Shown piece by piece: positions 18,932 through 28,356 of a stretch of DNA of 64,000 bases. How positions within the stretch are numbered: the first letter of the stretch is position 1; the number at the start of each line of letters is the position of its first letter. The notes under the pieces are model-generated. The model made no database searches. It was given only the letters and a program-made list of their open reading frames with translations, and had not been told where the DNA came from. The stretch is from an uncultured Pseudomonadales bacterium. GTDB lineage: Bacteria > Patescibacteriota > Microgenomatia > UBA1400 > PJMF01. The translations under genes and the position numbers were made by a program. Location: contig CAZWWE010000002.1 of assembly GCA_964637295.1 (NCBI GenBank), positions 117,952-181,951 of the forward strand, in the 5' to 3' direction.

Positions 18932-20935
18932 ATGGATAATATTTTACCCGACCAAGATCAAGAAATGAGAATTGCCAATCTATTTACTAAAGAAAAAACA
19001 ACTGATTTGCCACCAGCAATATCTAAAAAACCTGCTAAGCGAAAAATCATCTTGAAAAAATGGCAGAAAGCCTTATTGTTAGCTTTTGCCTTTTTATTGC
19101 TCGTCATTACTAGTTTAGCTAGTTATACTGTTTTTATCTTACAAGAAATTAGGCAAAAAGCCGAATACAGCCTGCCATTGGTCAATGAATTAAAAACTGC
19201 TCTCGCTAGCCAAAATCTCCTGACTTTGCCAGAAAAAATTACTCAATTGCAAGCTGCCAGAGAAGATCTCAAAATTAGTTATCAAAAACTAGCTTTTTAT
19301 AGCAAAATTCCTTTGCTTAAAGCCTATTATGCTGATGGACAAGTTTTGTTTGAAGCAGCTGAGCTAGGCTTAAATACCGCTCAAAAAAGCATGGCCGCCT
19401 TATTACCTTATGCCGATCTCTTGGGTTTTCAAGGAGAGGGTTCTTTTACGGGCGGCACCACTCAAGATCGTATTGTTCTTATCTTGAAAACACTTCAAGA
19501 AATTCAACCCACGATTGATCAGATTGATCAGGACATTCAACGCTTGTCCATTTTACTTGGACAAATTAAACCCACTCGCTATCCTCAAAAAATTGGCCAA
19601 CAGTTTCCTAGAGATATGATTGTAAATCTTCAAAAAACTGCTCAATTAGCTAGTCAAACTTTCTCTGATTACAAACCAGTGATCGCTTCACTGGCCAAAA
19701 TGGCCGGAGCAGATGAGCCACAGAAATATTTAGTCTTATTTCAAAATGATAACGAACTGCGTCCCACTGGAGGATTTTTGACCGCTTATGCCATCATTAC
19801 TGTCGATAAAGGCGTAGTTAATTCTGAAAAATCAGATGACATTTATGAACTAGATCAAAAATTTACTCAAAGAGTAGCCATTCCAGAAGCTTTGGGGAAA
19901 TATCTCACTACAGAAAAATATTATCATCTACGCGACATGAATATTTCTCCAGATTTTAAAACGTCCATGGAAAAATTTTATGAAAACTACATTACTGTTA
20001 AAGGTGAGCCTAAAGATATTGATGGCATCATTGCCGTAGACACTCATGTTTTAAGTGAATTACTCAAAATCATCGGTCCAGTTGAAGCCCCAGGTTATGG
20101 TACTTTCTCGGCAGAAAACGACATCCGTTGTGATTGTCCACAAGTGGTTTATGCTCTGTCAGAAATTATTACTAAACCCACTCCCTACATGAGAGAGGAT
20201 CGCAAAGGCGTCTTGGGTCCACTAATGAAAGCCGTTCTAGCCAAAACTTTTGATTTGGATAAAGCCAGATTTCCAGAACTTTTCGCAGTAGCGATCAGTA
20301 GCATTGAAGGTCGTCATTTACAAATGTATTTTATGGATGAGAACAGTCAGCTGGCCACCGAGCAAATCAATGCCGCTGGCCGACTCTTTGAAATCAAAGA
20401 TAACTTAAAAGGCTGGCAAATGGGCAAGAACATGGACTTTTTAGCGATTGTTGATGCCAATTTGGGTGGCGCGAAATCCAATCTTTTTACTAATTACGAA
20501 ATTAAGCAAAGCATTAGCGCTCCCCTTGACGGTCGCTTAGAAAAAACAGTAGAGATTACATATAAAAACACCCGTAAAGCTGACAACTGCAATCTTGAAG
20601 CTGGCAAATTGTGCTTAAACGCCACCCTTAATGATTGGTTAAGAATTTATGTACCCAAAGGAGCGGAGCTGATTGAAATCCAAGGCATTAGTAATCAAGC
20701 TAGCGTTTATGAAGAAGAAAATTTAACCGTAATCGACGGCTATTTCAGTCTGGAACCGATGGGCTTAGCCAAAATCAAGCTTAGTTATAGCATTCCTTAC
20801 ACTGACTCCGTCAACTATAATTTGAAAATGTGGAAACAAGGAGGGATTGAGGCTGTGCCAGTTTTAATTGACGTCACGGGCGGAGAAGAACAATTGCTGC
20901 TAAACAAAGATTTAGATTACAGCACCACCTTCTAA
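18932..20935 (+). CDS. large membrane-anchored extracytoplasmic protein, DUF4012-like
   Basis: Single TM near residue 50, then a 600-aa soluble body. Sequence and genomic context (directly after a sugar transferase) resemble the DUF4012 family. The assignment is from memory and is not verified. Confidence 0.45.
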   Translation: MDNILPDQDQEMRIANLFTKEKTTDLPPAISKKPAKRKIILKKWQKALLLAFAFLLLVITSLASYTVFILQEIRQKAEYSLPLVNELKTALASQNLLTLPEKITQLQAAREDLKISYQKLAFYSKIPLLKAYYADGQVLFEAAELGLNTAQKSMAALLPYADLLGFQGEGSFTGGTTQDRIVLILKTLQEIQPTIDQIDQDIQRLSILLGQIKPTRYPQKIGQQFPRDMIVNLQKTAQLASQTFSDYKPVIASLAKMAGADEPQKYLVLFQNDNELRPTGGFLTAYAIITVDKGVVNSEKSDDIYELDQKFTQRVAIPEALGKYLTTEKYYHLRDMNISPDFKTSMEKFYENYITVKGEPKDIDGIIAVDTHVLSELLKIIGPVEAPGYGTFSAENDIRCDCPQVVYALSEIITKPTPYMREDRKGVLGPLMKAVLAKTFDLDKARFPELFAVAISSIEGRHLQMYFMDENSQLATEQINAAGRLFEIKDNLKGWQMGKNMDFLAIVDANLGGAKSNLFTNYEIKQSISAPLDGRLEKTVEITYKNTRKADNCNLEAGKLCLNATLNDWLRIYVPKGAELIEIQGISNQASVYEEENLTVIDGYFSLEPMGLAKIKLSYSIPYTDSVNYNLKMWKQGGIEAVPVLIDVTGGEEQLLLNKDLDYSTTF

Positions 20936-20940
20936 TATTC

Positions 20941-21480
20941 ATGAGCCATTCATTTAAAACCGAAGCCATCGTGCTTAAAAGAACTAACACTGGCGAAACT
21001 GATCGCATTGTGACTTTGTTGTCCAAAGAAAGAGGCAAAATTGTTTGCGTGGCAAAAGGCGTGCGTAAACTCAAATCCAGTAACCGCGCTATTTTGGAAC
21101 CAGGCAATCTCGCAGAATTTTTTTTGATTGAAACTAAATCTTTGCCAATTTTGACTCAAAGCCGACTTATTCAAGAAGCCAAAACCATCCGTCAATCGCT
21201 AGTGGGCATTTCTCAACTCTCACAAATCTTAGAAATTTTCGATCGCTTATTTGTAGAAAACTTTATTGAAGAAGAAAATAGTGAGTTGGCTTTTGCTATT
21301 CACGCCGAACTGCTAAAAATTAATAAAAATAATAAAAAAATTACCTTAATGCTGCACGAATTAATTAAGAAGCTTGGCTATCAAGACATTCTCGCCACTG
21401 GTTATGCACACGTGCTTGATTACGTGGCCGAAATTAGTGAAAAAAAAATGCAAAGTTTCGATTGCTTTAAAATTCGCTAA
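20941..21480 (+). CDS. recO: DNA repair protein RecO (short form)
   Basis: EAIVLKRTNTGETDRIVTLLSKERGKIVCVAKGVRK...LEPGNLAEFFL matches the RecO N-terminal OB-fold domain. Only 179 aa. Confidence 0.65.
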   Translation: MSHSFKTEAIVLKRTNTGETDRIVTLLSKERGKIVCVAKGVRKLKSSNRAILEPGNLAEFFLIETKSLPILTQSRLIQEAKTIRQSLVGISQLSQILEIFDRLFVENFIEEENSELAFAIHAELLKINKNNKKITLMLHELIKKLGYQDILATGYAHVLDYVAEISEKKMQSFDCFKIR

Positions 21481-21526
21481 AAGAAACTTATTTCATCAGC
21501 AATTTATTGTATAATCAAAAGATCTT

Positions 21527-22936
21527 ATGTCAGACTCTTCAGCCTCGCAGACTCAACCAACTCTCGAAGAAATCAGCTCTCTCGCCAAAAGGCGTGGCTT
21601 TGTCTATCAAACTTCGGAAATTTATGGTGGTTTAGCCAATTCTTATGAGTATGGTCCAAATGGGGTAGAAGTTTTACGCAAAATCAAAAATCTGTGGTGG
21701 GATTTTTTTATCAGTAGTAGAGAAGACATGTTGGGACTTGATAGCCAGATTATTTTGCACCCCAAAACTTGGGAAGCTTCGGGTCATGTTAATTCTTTTG
21801 CTGATCCGATGGTAGAAGATAAGGTTAATCATAAAAGATATCGAGCTGATCATTTGATTGAAGCTTTCTTGGAAAAAAATCGCTTAGAAAATCCGCCAAT
21901 TGTAGAAGCAATGAAAATCGAGGAGATGAATCGTTTCTTACAAGACAATAAAGTCAAATCTCCAGATGGCAATGAAATTAGCGAAGTCAGAAATTTTAAT
22001 TTGCTTTTTGAAACCTCGATTGGAGTTGTCGCCGGTGAAAGTAACAAGGTTTATTTACGTGGTGAAACTGCTCAAGGCATTTTTTCTAACTTCAAACAAA
22101 TTTTGGATACCAATCGCGTCAAACTACCCTTTGGCGTTGGTCAGATTGGTAAAAGCTTCCGTAACGAAATCACTACCGGGCAATTTGTCTTTCGTACCTT
22201 AGAATTCGAGCAAGCTGAAATCGAGTATTTCTTCGATCCAGACCAAAATGACTGGCAATTACTTTTCAAAGATTGGCAGGACAAAATGTGGCATTTCGTG
22301 ACTGAAATTCTCGGTATTGATGCTCAACATTTGCGCTGGCGTCGTCACGAGGACCAAGAACGCAGCTTTTACAGTCAAGAAACCTACGATCTTGAATATC
22401 TTTATCCATTTGGTTGGAAGGAAATTTGGGGCATTGCTTATCGCAGCGATTATGACCTGAAGCAACACATGAACTTCTCTGGCAAGAGCCTTGAATACAC
22501 TGACCCTTTCACCATGAAGAAGTTTATCCCTCATGTCATCGAGCCAGCAGTCGGCATCAATCGCTTGTTCTTAATGGTGCTTTGTGATGCCTACCAAAAA
22601 GATGAAAAAAAAGCTCGTTTGTTGCTTAACTTGAAACCCAGTCTAGCCCCTTATCAACTGGCAGTTTTTCCTCTCTTAAAAAATAAAGATGAGCTGGTGG
22701 ATAAAGCTCGAGAAATCTTTAAACAATTGCAAAAGACTTACCGAGTCGCTTGGGATGAAAGAGGCAACATTGGCAAACGTTATCTTTCACAAGACGAACT
22801 CGGCACTCCTTATTGTTTAACGATTGATTTTGAAACTTTAGAAAATAATAGCGTCACCATTCGTCAGCGTGACGACGCTTCGCAAGAAAGAGTGAAGTTA
22901 GACAAACTACAAGAATATTTGACAAAATTATTATAA
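21527..22936 (+). CDS. glyQS: glycine--tRNA ligase (alpha2 class II type)
   Basis: GFVYQTSEIYGGLANSYEYGPNGVEVLRKI and the class II motifs. Length 469 aa. Confidence 0.9.
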   Translation: MSDSSASQTQPTLEEISSLAKRRGFVYQTSEIYGGLANSYEYGPNGVEVLRKIKNLWWDFFISSREDMLGLDSQIILHPKTWEASGHVNSFADPMVEDKVNHKRYRADHLIEAFLEKNRLENPPIVEAMKIEEMNRFLQDNKVKSPDGNEISEVRNFNLLFETSIGVVAGESNKVYLRGETAQGIFSNFKQILDTNRVKLPFGVGQIGKSFRNEITTGQFVFRTLEFEQAEIEYFFDPDQNDWQLLFKDWQDKMWHFVTEILGIDAQHLRWRRHEDQERSFYSQETYDLEYLYPFGWKEIWGIAYRSDYDLKQHMNFSGKSLEYTDPFTMKKFIPHVIEPAVGINRLFLMVLCDAYQKDEKKARLLLNLKPSLAPYQLAVFPLLKNKDELVDKAREIFKQLQKTYRVAWDERGNIGKRYLSQDELGTPYCLTIDFETLENNSVTIRQRDDASQERVKLDKLQEYLTKLL

Positions 22937-22954
22937 AATAGAAATCCATTCATT

Positions 22955-23770
22955 ATGAAAATGACCGCGCAAACCAAAAAAAAATTATTCGTTATTTTGC
23001 CTGTTATCATCTTAATAATTCTTGGCGCCGTTTTTTTGCTTAATAAAAATAAGGCCGCCAGTAAAGTAGCTGAACCGACTGTCACTAAGAAAAAAGTCCA
23101 AAGCCCTGTGAATGTCATTCCTGTCGCCGAAAGACCTTATTTGCGTCTAGAACCCAGTGCTGATGGTCATTACATTACCATGATCATCGAGGAAGTTAAA
23201 AAAGGCGCCACACAATTAGAATACGAAATGGAATATCAAACTGGCTCTATGCTACAAGGTTTTGGCGGGCTAATTAAATTGGGTCAACTGCCAACTTCAG
23301 AAAAGAAACTTTTTGGTTCTCAATCTGCTGGTGGTGCCATTACCTATCATGAGGATATAAAAGGCGGCAATCTTTTAGCTCAATTTACTGGCCAAGAAGC
23401 CTATGCCGTCAAATCAGCTTGGCGCTATTTTACCAACAGCGATAAGGCCAACACTTTTAGCTCTCAAGATACTAAATTTAGCATCACCAATCAAGATTTA
23501 AGCAAATATGCTTACATCATTGTCTACAACTCTCCTGGGTACCCTGGAGAAGTTAAGGGAGAACTACTTTCTGATCCATATACTATTGCCGCTGAGAAAT
23601 CTTTGAAACTTTTAAGTAGTAATTTCGAAGTCAGTATTCGTGCCAACGAAGCAGGACAGATGATGGGCTACGACGGCTCTAAATGGCAAAAAATAGACAG
23701 TACTTATGAAAACGGAGTAGTGAAAGCCACGGCTCCTCTGATGGACGTTTACCTGCTTGTCAAAAACTAA
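22955..23770 (+). CDS. hypothetical membrane-anchored protein
   Basis: N-terminal TM helix followed by a soluble domain. No recognisable motif. Confidence 0.45.
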   Translation: MKMTAQTKKKLFVILPVIILIILGAVFLLNKNKAASKVAEPTVTKKKVQSPVNVIPVAERPYLRLEPSADGHYITMIIEEVKKGATQLEYEMEYQTGSMLQGFGGLIKLGQLPTSEKKLFGSQSAGGAITYHEDIKGGNLLAQFTGQEAYAVKSAWRYFTNSDKANTFSSQDTKFSITNQDLSKYAYIIVYNSPGYPGEVKGELLSDPYTIAAEKSLKLLSSNFEVSIRANEAGQMMGYDGSKWQKIDSTYENGVVKATAPLMDVYLLVKN

Positions 23771-23820
23771 ACTTAGCAGTCAATCACTTACTCTGCTAAT
23801 TTCACCATCAACTTTTTTTA

Positions 23821-23870
23821 GTTGATATATCAAGATATATTTTGATGTATTTTGATATTGTTTGATATTA
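23821..23870 (+). promoter_or_regulatory. five phased 10-bp direct repeats (GAT[A/G]T core), candidate MraZ operator
   Basis: The five units are gTTGATATat, caAGATATat, tTTGATGTat, tTTGATATtg and tTTGATATta. They have exact 10-bp periodicity and sit ~180 bp upstream of mraZ. MraZ in other bacteria binds direct repeats at helical phasing. Confidence 0.4.
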
Positions 23871-24051
23871 CTCTGAAATTATTTCTAATTTTTTCCTTAT
23901 TTTAAGTCTCATTTAATAGAACTTGCCAAAACTATAGGTCGTTAATTCGTCTTCTAAAAGATCAAAACAAAATTGCCTGTTTACAAGACTTTTTTTCTTG
24001 TATAAACTTGATTACGGTAACAAATGGTAAATAGGCTTATAAGATTAAAAA

Positions 24052-24477
24052 ATGTTAATTGGTAAATATTATCATCACCTGGAAGCCAACGGTCGTCTTT
24101 CACTTCCAGCTAAGTTTAGAGCGGTGAATAAAGATTGGATTGCAACGAGAGGTTTAGATGGTTGTTTATTTTTGTTACCTGAGAGCAACTTTAAAAAAGA
24201 GTTAGAAAAAATTGCTCAAAGCTCTTTGACAAAAAAAGCTAACCGTGACTTGCTTAGGTTAATGACTAATGAAGCCCAAGAATTAAGTGCTGATGAAAAT
24301 GGTCGAGTAAATCTGCCCGATTACTTGATTAAGTTTGCGCAATTAAAAAGCAACCTGGTAATAGTGGGAAGTCTCAACCACTTAGAAATTTGGGACCAGG
24401 AAAAATACCACCAATACATCGATCAAATTGAAGATCAGGCCGAAAGTATCGCTGAAAGTATTATTTTAGATGACTGA
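24052..24477 (+). CDS. mraZ: transcriptional regulator MraZ
   Basis: MLIGKYYHHLEANGRLSLPAKFR... with duplicated MraZ/SpoVT-AbrB halves. Length 141 aa. First gene of the dcw block. Confidence 0.9.
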   Translation: MLIGKYYHHLEANGRLSLPAKFRAVNKDWIATRGLDGCLFLLPESNFKKELEKIAQSSLTKKANRDLLRLMTNEAQELSADENGRVNLPDYLIKFAQLKSNLVIVGSLNHLEIWDQEKYHQYIDQIEDQAESIAESIILDD

Positions 24478-25390
24478 AGATAACTCACAACACCAAGCAG
24501 TTTTAGTCAAAGAAGTTTTGGAAACTCTTAATCCCCAAGCTGGCTGTTATTACATTGACGCCACTTTCGGTAGAGGCGGGCACAGCAGAGCAATTTTGAA
24601 AAGAGGAGCTAAAGTCATCGCCTTTGATTTTGATCAACAAAGCATTGACGCGGCCAAACAGCTTTTTGCCAAAGAAATTGACAACAAACAACTCATTTTG
24701 TTTAGAGAAAACTTTAACAAAATGGATGAATGTTTGTCGAACCTTAAAAAAAGTTTGAACCTAGAAATTAGTGGTATTTTGTTTGATTTTGGCACTTCCA
24801 CTGACCAATTAATGTCAAAAGAACGTGGTTTTAGTTTTGCAGCTCAAGATGAAGTCTTGGACATGCGCATGGACGAACGCTTGGGCGTGAAAGCCTGTGA
24901 TTTATTAAAATTACTTGATGAAAAACAGTTGGCCAAAATGCTTTTTGAATATGGTGGAGAAGCTGATGCACGAGCCATTGCTCATAAAATTGTTGAACAG
25001 CGCAAAAAAAATCCCAACAGTCTGGATAAAGTCGGCACTTTAATAACAATTATTGAACAAGTTAAAAGTCATCGCTTTGGTCAAAAAATTCATCCCGCCA
25101 CTAAAACTTTTCAAGCTTTGCGCATTATCGTTAATGACGAACTGCAGAATATCGAAATTGCCTTGCCCAAGGCCTTGCAGATCTTAAAAGAAAGCAAAGC
25201 TTTAGATAAGAGATTGGTTTGCCTGTCTTTTCATGAAGGTGAAGATCGACTAGTTAAAACTTTTTTTAAACAAGTTGAGATGGATCATCTCGGCAAAATT
25301 ATTAACAAGAAAGCTCTTGAGGCATCAGAGGAAGAATTAAGCACCAATCCTCGCTCAAGAAGCGCTAAATTAAGAGCTTTGGCTCTATAA
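24470..25390 (+). CDS. rsmH: 16S rRNA (cytosine1402-N4)-methyltransferase RsmH
   Basis: HQAVLVKEVLETL...YIDATFGRGGHSRAIL. Confidence 0.9.
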   Translation: MTEDNSQHQAVLVKEVLETLNPQAGCYYIDATFGRGGHSRAILKRGAKVIAFDFDQQSIDAAKQLFAKEIDNKQLILFRENFNKMDECLSNLKKSLNLEISGILFDFGTSTDQLMSKERGFSFAAQDEVLDMRMDERLGVKACDLLKLLDEKQLAKMLFEYGGEADARAIAHKIVEQRKKNPNSLDKVGTLITIIEQVKSHRFGQKIHPATKTFQALRIIVNDELQNIEIALPKALQILKESKALDKRLVCLSFHEGEDRLVKTFFKQVEMDHLGKIINKKALEASEEELSTNPRSRSAKLRALAL

Positions 25391-25395
25391 AAGTT

Positions 25396-25680
25396 ATGAA
25401 AAAGCAATTAAAAATTTATTACACTTTCCTTGCTAGTGCTGTTTTAATGCAAATTATTTTTACCGTTTTCAGTCTAAGTCAAAACATCGGTTATGGTCAA
25501 AAAATTAGTTTCTTGGAAGAAAAAAAGTTAGCCTTAGAAACTCAAGACAACAACTTACAAACAGAACTTGCTTCAAAAATTGCCTTAAGCAAATTAACTG
25601 CCGAAGAAAATCAAGAATTTGTACCAATTACCGACGTCGTCTTGGTGGATGGTAGTTCTGAAAACTTAGCCTTAAGATAA
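25396..25680 (+). CDS. FtsL-like small bitopic cell-division protein
   Basis: 94 aa, with one TM helix then a coiled coil. Sits between rsmH and ftsI. Confidence 0.5.
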   Translation: MKKQLKIYYTFLASAVLMQIIFTVFSLSQNIGYGQKISFLEEKKLALETQDNNLQTELASKIALSKLTAEENQEFVPITDVVLVDGSSENLALR

Positions 25681-25687
25681 ATTTTTA

Positions 25688-27457
25688 ATGCTAGAAAACA
25701 CAGCTGCTACTTATCGTTTAAGAAAAAATTTCTTTTTTTTGGCTTTTTACTTAGCTTTAATTTTGATTGTGCTGAGGCTTTTTTATTGGCAAATTATCAA
25801 AGGACAAGACTTAAAAATAGCTGGAGAAATACAAACTTTGCGCCAAGTAGAACAAAAAGGTTTGCGTGGGCAAATTTTTACCAGCGATGCTCACTTACTT
25901 GTAGGCAATGAATTAGTTTACGATCTTAAACTAGATAAAAAAAATTTCAAAGGAGACGTCCAGGCTCTTGTTCAACAACTAAGTCAAATTGCCATGCAAA
26001 ATAATTGGCAAAAAGATCATCTTGAAGATTTAAGCCTGACAGATCGCGAAACTATTAGGAAAAAATTGGTTCAAGAAATCAGTGATAAATTTAATAGCCA
26101 AGCCAATTGGCCAAAATTATTAAGCAAACTAAGTAAAACCAGCAAAGAAGCTGTCGAAGCTCTAGACAACCCTTATTTATATTTTGATGAGAGTTATCAA
26201 AGATTTTATCCAGAAGCTTCTATGGCCGCTCACTTAGTTGGTTTTTTGGGTAAAAATGAAAATGCAGAGGAAATTGGTCGCTACGGAATTGAAGGCGCGC
26301 TTGAAGATGAACTCAAACCTCGCAGTGCTAAAAATTTATTTAAAATGGATGCTCTAGGATTTTTATTAGCTGGGCAAAAGTATGAAAGCAAAAATCTGGA
26401 CGGTCGAGATGTTACTTTGACTATCCGCCGCGATGTACAAAATTTAGCTGAACAAAATTTAGAGTGGGGCATTGAACAGTACCAAGCGGATCGAGGAGAA
26501 ATTATCATTCTAGAAAGTCAAACTGGCAAAATCTTGGCCCTGGCTACTTGGCCAAAATATGAACCATGGCGTTATTTTAATTATCCTTCTGAAATACTGA
26601 AAAATCCAAGTTTAACCCGACTTTATGAGCCAGGATCGACTTTCAAAACTCTGACTATAGCCGCTGGTATTGATAGCGGAGTAATTCAAAAAGACACCGT
26701 CTGTACTAAATGTGCTGGTCCTAGACAAATTGCTGGCTATTCAATCAAAACTTGGAACGATGTTTATCACCCCAATATTACTATGATCGATGGCTATGCT
26801 AAATCAGATAATACAGCCATGATTTTTATCAGTGATTTGCTCGGTAGCGATCGTTTTGTTGATTACCTTAAAAAATTTGGCATCGGTCAACAAATTGAAA
26901 TCGATTTACAAGATGATACACGCACCCCTTTTCCTAATAAAATTGGTCCAGTAGAAACCGCCACTATTTCTTTTGGGCAAGGCATTAGTACTAATAGTTT
27001 AGAGCTTTTACGTGCAGTCAATGTGATTGCTAATCGTGGCAAAATGCTTGAACCGATCATTGTTGAAAAAGTTTTTGATAAACAAAAACAACAAGAATTG
27101 ATTGGTTCAATTAAAGAGAGAGAGCAAATTATTTCAGCAGAAGCAGCGGCCACCGTCACCACCATGATGGTTGAAGCTGCCCAACACGGAGAGGCTCAAT
27201 GGATCGCTTCAGACAAATACACGGTGGCCGCTAAAACTGGCACTTCCCAAGTGCCAGATCCTCAGGGGGGCTATAAAGAAAATGAAACCATTGCTAGTTT
27301 TATTGGCTTCGCACCAGCTAGCCAAGCCAAATTTACTATGTTAGTCAAACTAGAAAATCCCAAATCTAGCCCTTGGGCTGCAGAAACAGCTGCGCCGCTG
27401 TGGTACAAAGTGGCTGACAAATTAATGATTTTATTGAATATCACTCCTGACAAATAG
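25688..27457 (+). CDS. ftsI: class B penicillin-binding protein (FtsI/PBP2-type transpeptidase)
   Basis: Transpeptidase motifs STFK (YEPGSTFKTL), SDN (KSDNTA) and KTGT. Confidence 0.85.
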   Translation: MLENTAATYRLRKNFFFLAFYLALILIVLRLFYWQIIKGQDLKIAGEIQTLRQVEQKGLRGQIFTSDAHLLVGNELVYDLKLDKKNFKGDVQALVQQLSQIAMQNNWQKDHLEDLSLTDRETIRKKLVQEISDKFNSQANWPKLLSKLSKTSKEAVEALDNPYLYFDESYQRFYPEASMAAHLVGFLGKNENAEEIGRYGIEGALEDELKPRSAKNLFKMDALGFLLAGQKYESKNLDGRDVTLTIRRDVQNLAEQNLEWGIEQYQADRGEIIILESQTGKILALATWPKYEPWRYFNYPSEILKNPSLTRLYEPGSTFKTLTIAAGIDSGVIQKDTVCTKCAGPRQIAGYSIKTWNDVYHPNITMIDGYAKSDNTAMIFISDLLGSDRFVDYLKKFGIGQQIEIDLQDDTRTPFPNKIGPVETATISFGQGISTNSLELLRAVNVIANRGKMLEPIIVEKVFDKQKQQELIGSIKEREQIISAEAAATVTTMMVEAAQHGEAQWIASDKYTVAAKTGTSQVPDPQGGYKENETIASFIGFAPASQAKFTMLVKLENPKSSPWAAETAAPLWYKVADKLMILLNITPDK

Positions 27458-27459
27458 CA

Positions 27460-28284
27460 TTATTTATCAGTTAATTGCATTAATTTTTGCAAATCTTCCT
27501 GAGTTTTATCAGGAGAACCATCAAAAATAATAGTCACTTTTGTTTGTTTGCGCGAACGAATTACTTTTAGAGTTGATTTGTTTTTAAAATATGCCTGGAG
27601 TTTATTTTCCCAAACGGCTACTTGCTGTTCATCTTGATTGAGTGGACGACCTCGACCCTCATCTTTCTTATTGACGTTGAACTCATTGTTTTTAAAACGC
27701 CTAGCTAATTCTTCTGTGCGCCGCACTGACGCGCTTTCTTTCAGTACCATTTTGTAACAATTAATCATTGCTTCTGGAGAAGTAATGCTTGCCAGAGCTC
27801 TGGCATGACCCTCACTAATCTGACCGCTTAATAAACCATCGCTGATTGCATCTGGCAAACTCAATAATTTTAAACTATTGCTTACGTAAGCTGGGGATTT
27901 ACCAATTCTTTTGGCTAGTTCACTGGTATGTAAATTAAATTCTCTTTGCAAGCGCTGGAATGATTGGGCTCTTTCAAGCGGATTTAAATCATAACGTTGT
28001 ACGTTTTCCACAATCGCCATTTCCAACATGCCTTGAGGGTTAGTTTTTTTAATATAAACTGGTACTTCCGTTAAGCCCGCTAACTGGGCAGCTCGCCAGC
28101 GTCTTTCTCCGGCAATAATTTGATAACCAGCCGGTGTTTCTGCCACCACCAAAGGCTCTAAAACTCCGTGAATTTTAATTGACTCAACCAATTCCATTAC
28201 GTCTTCTTTTTTTACTTTATCTCGAGGTTGAAAAGGGTTGGGTTGCAAATAATTGATAGCGAGCTTTTGTATGTTTTGTGCCAT
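27460..28284 (-). CDS. parB: ParB/Spo0J-family partition protein (no parA in window)
   Basis: LQPNPFQPR...GERRWRAAQLAGLTEVPV (ParB box II, GERRxRA). An HTH is present. Confidence 0.85.
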   Translation of the reverse strand: MAQNIQKLAINYLQPNPFQPRDKVKKEDVMELVESIKIHGVLEPLVVAETPAGYQIIAGERRWRAAQLAGLTEVPVYIKKTNPQGMLEMAIVENVQRYDLNPLERAQSFQRLQREFNLHTSELAKRIGKSPAYVSNSLKLLSLPDAISDGLLSGQISEGHARALASITSPEAMINCYKMVLKESASVRRTEELARRFKNNEFNVNKKDEGRGRPLNQDEQQVAVWENKLQAYFKNKSTLKVIRSRKQTKVTIIFDGSPDKTQEDLQKLMQLTDK

Positions 28285-28356
28285 ACACTATATATAACAC
28301 AGTAGATCAAAATTTTCACAAGTAAATTTTCACAGATCATGTGATAATATTATGGT

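Noticed and set aside
21481-21526. T-box or other leaders upstream of glyQS (21481-21526) and trpS (28285-28356)
   Set aside because: The upstream regions are only 46 nt and 72 nt. These are too short for a T-box element and contain only promoter-like hexamers (TTGTATAAT; TGTGATAAT).
23807-23826. ATCAACT-T6-AGTTGAT hairpin as a terminator for ORF 22955-23770
   Set aside because: The 7-bp stem is entirely A/T/C-poor with no G:C clamp, and no U-tract follows on the + strand. It is more likely part of the mraZ regulatory region, and is reported there.
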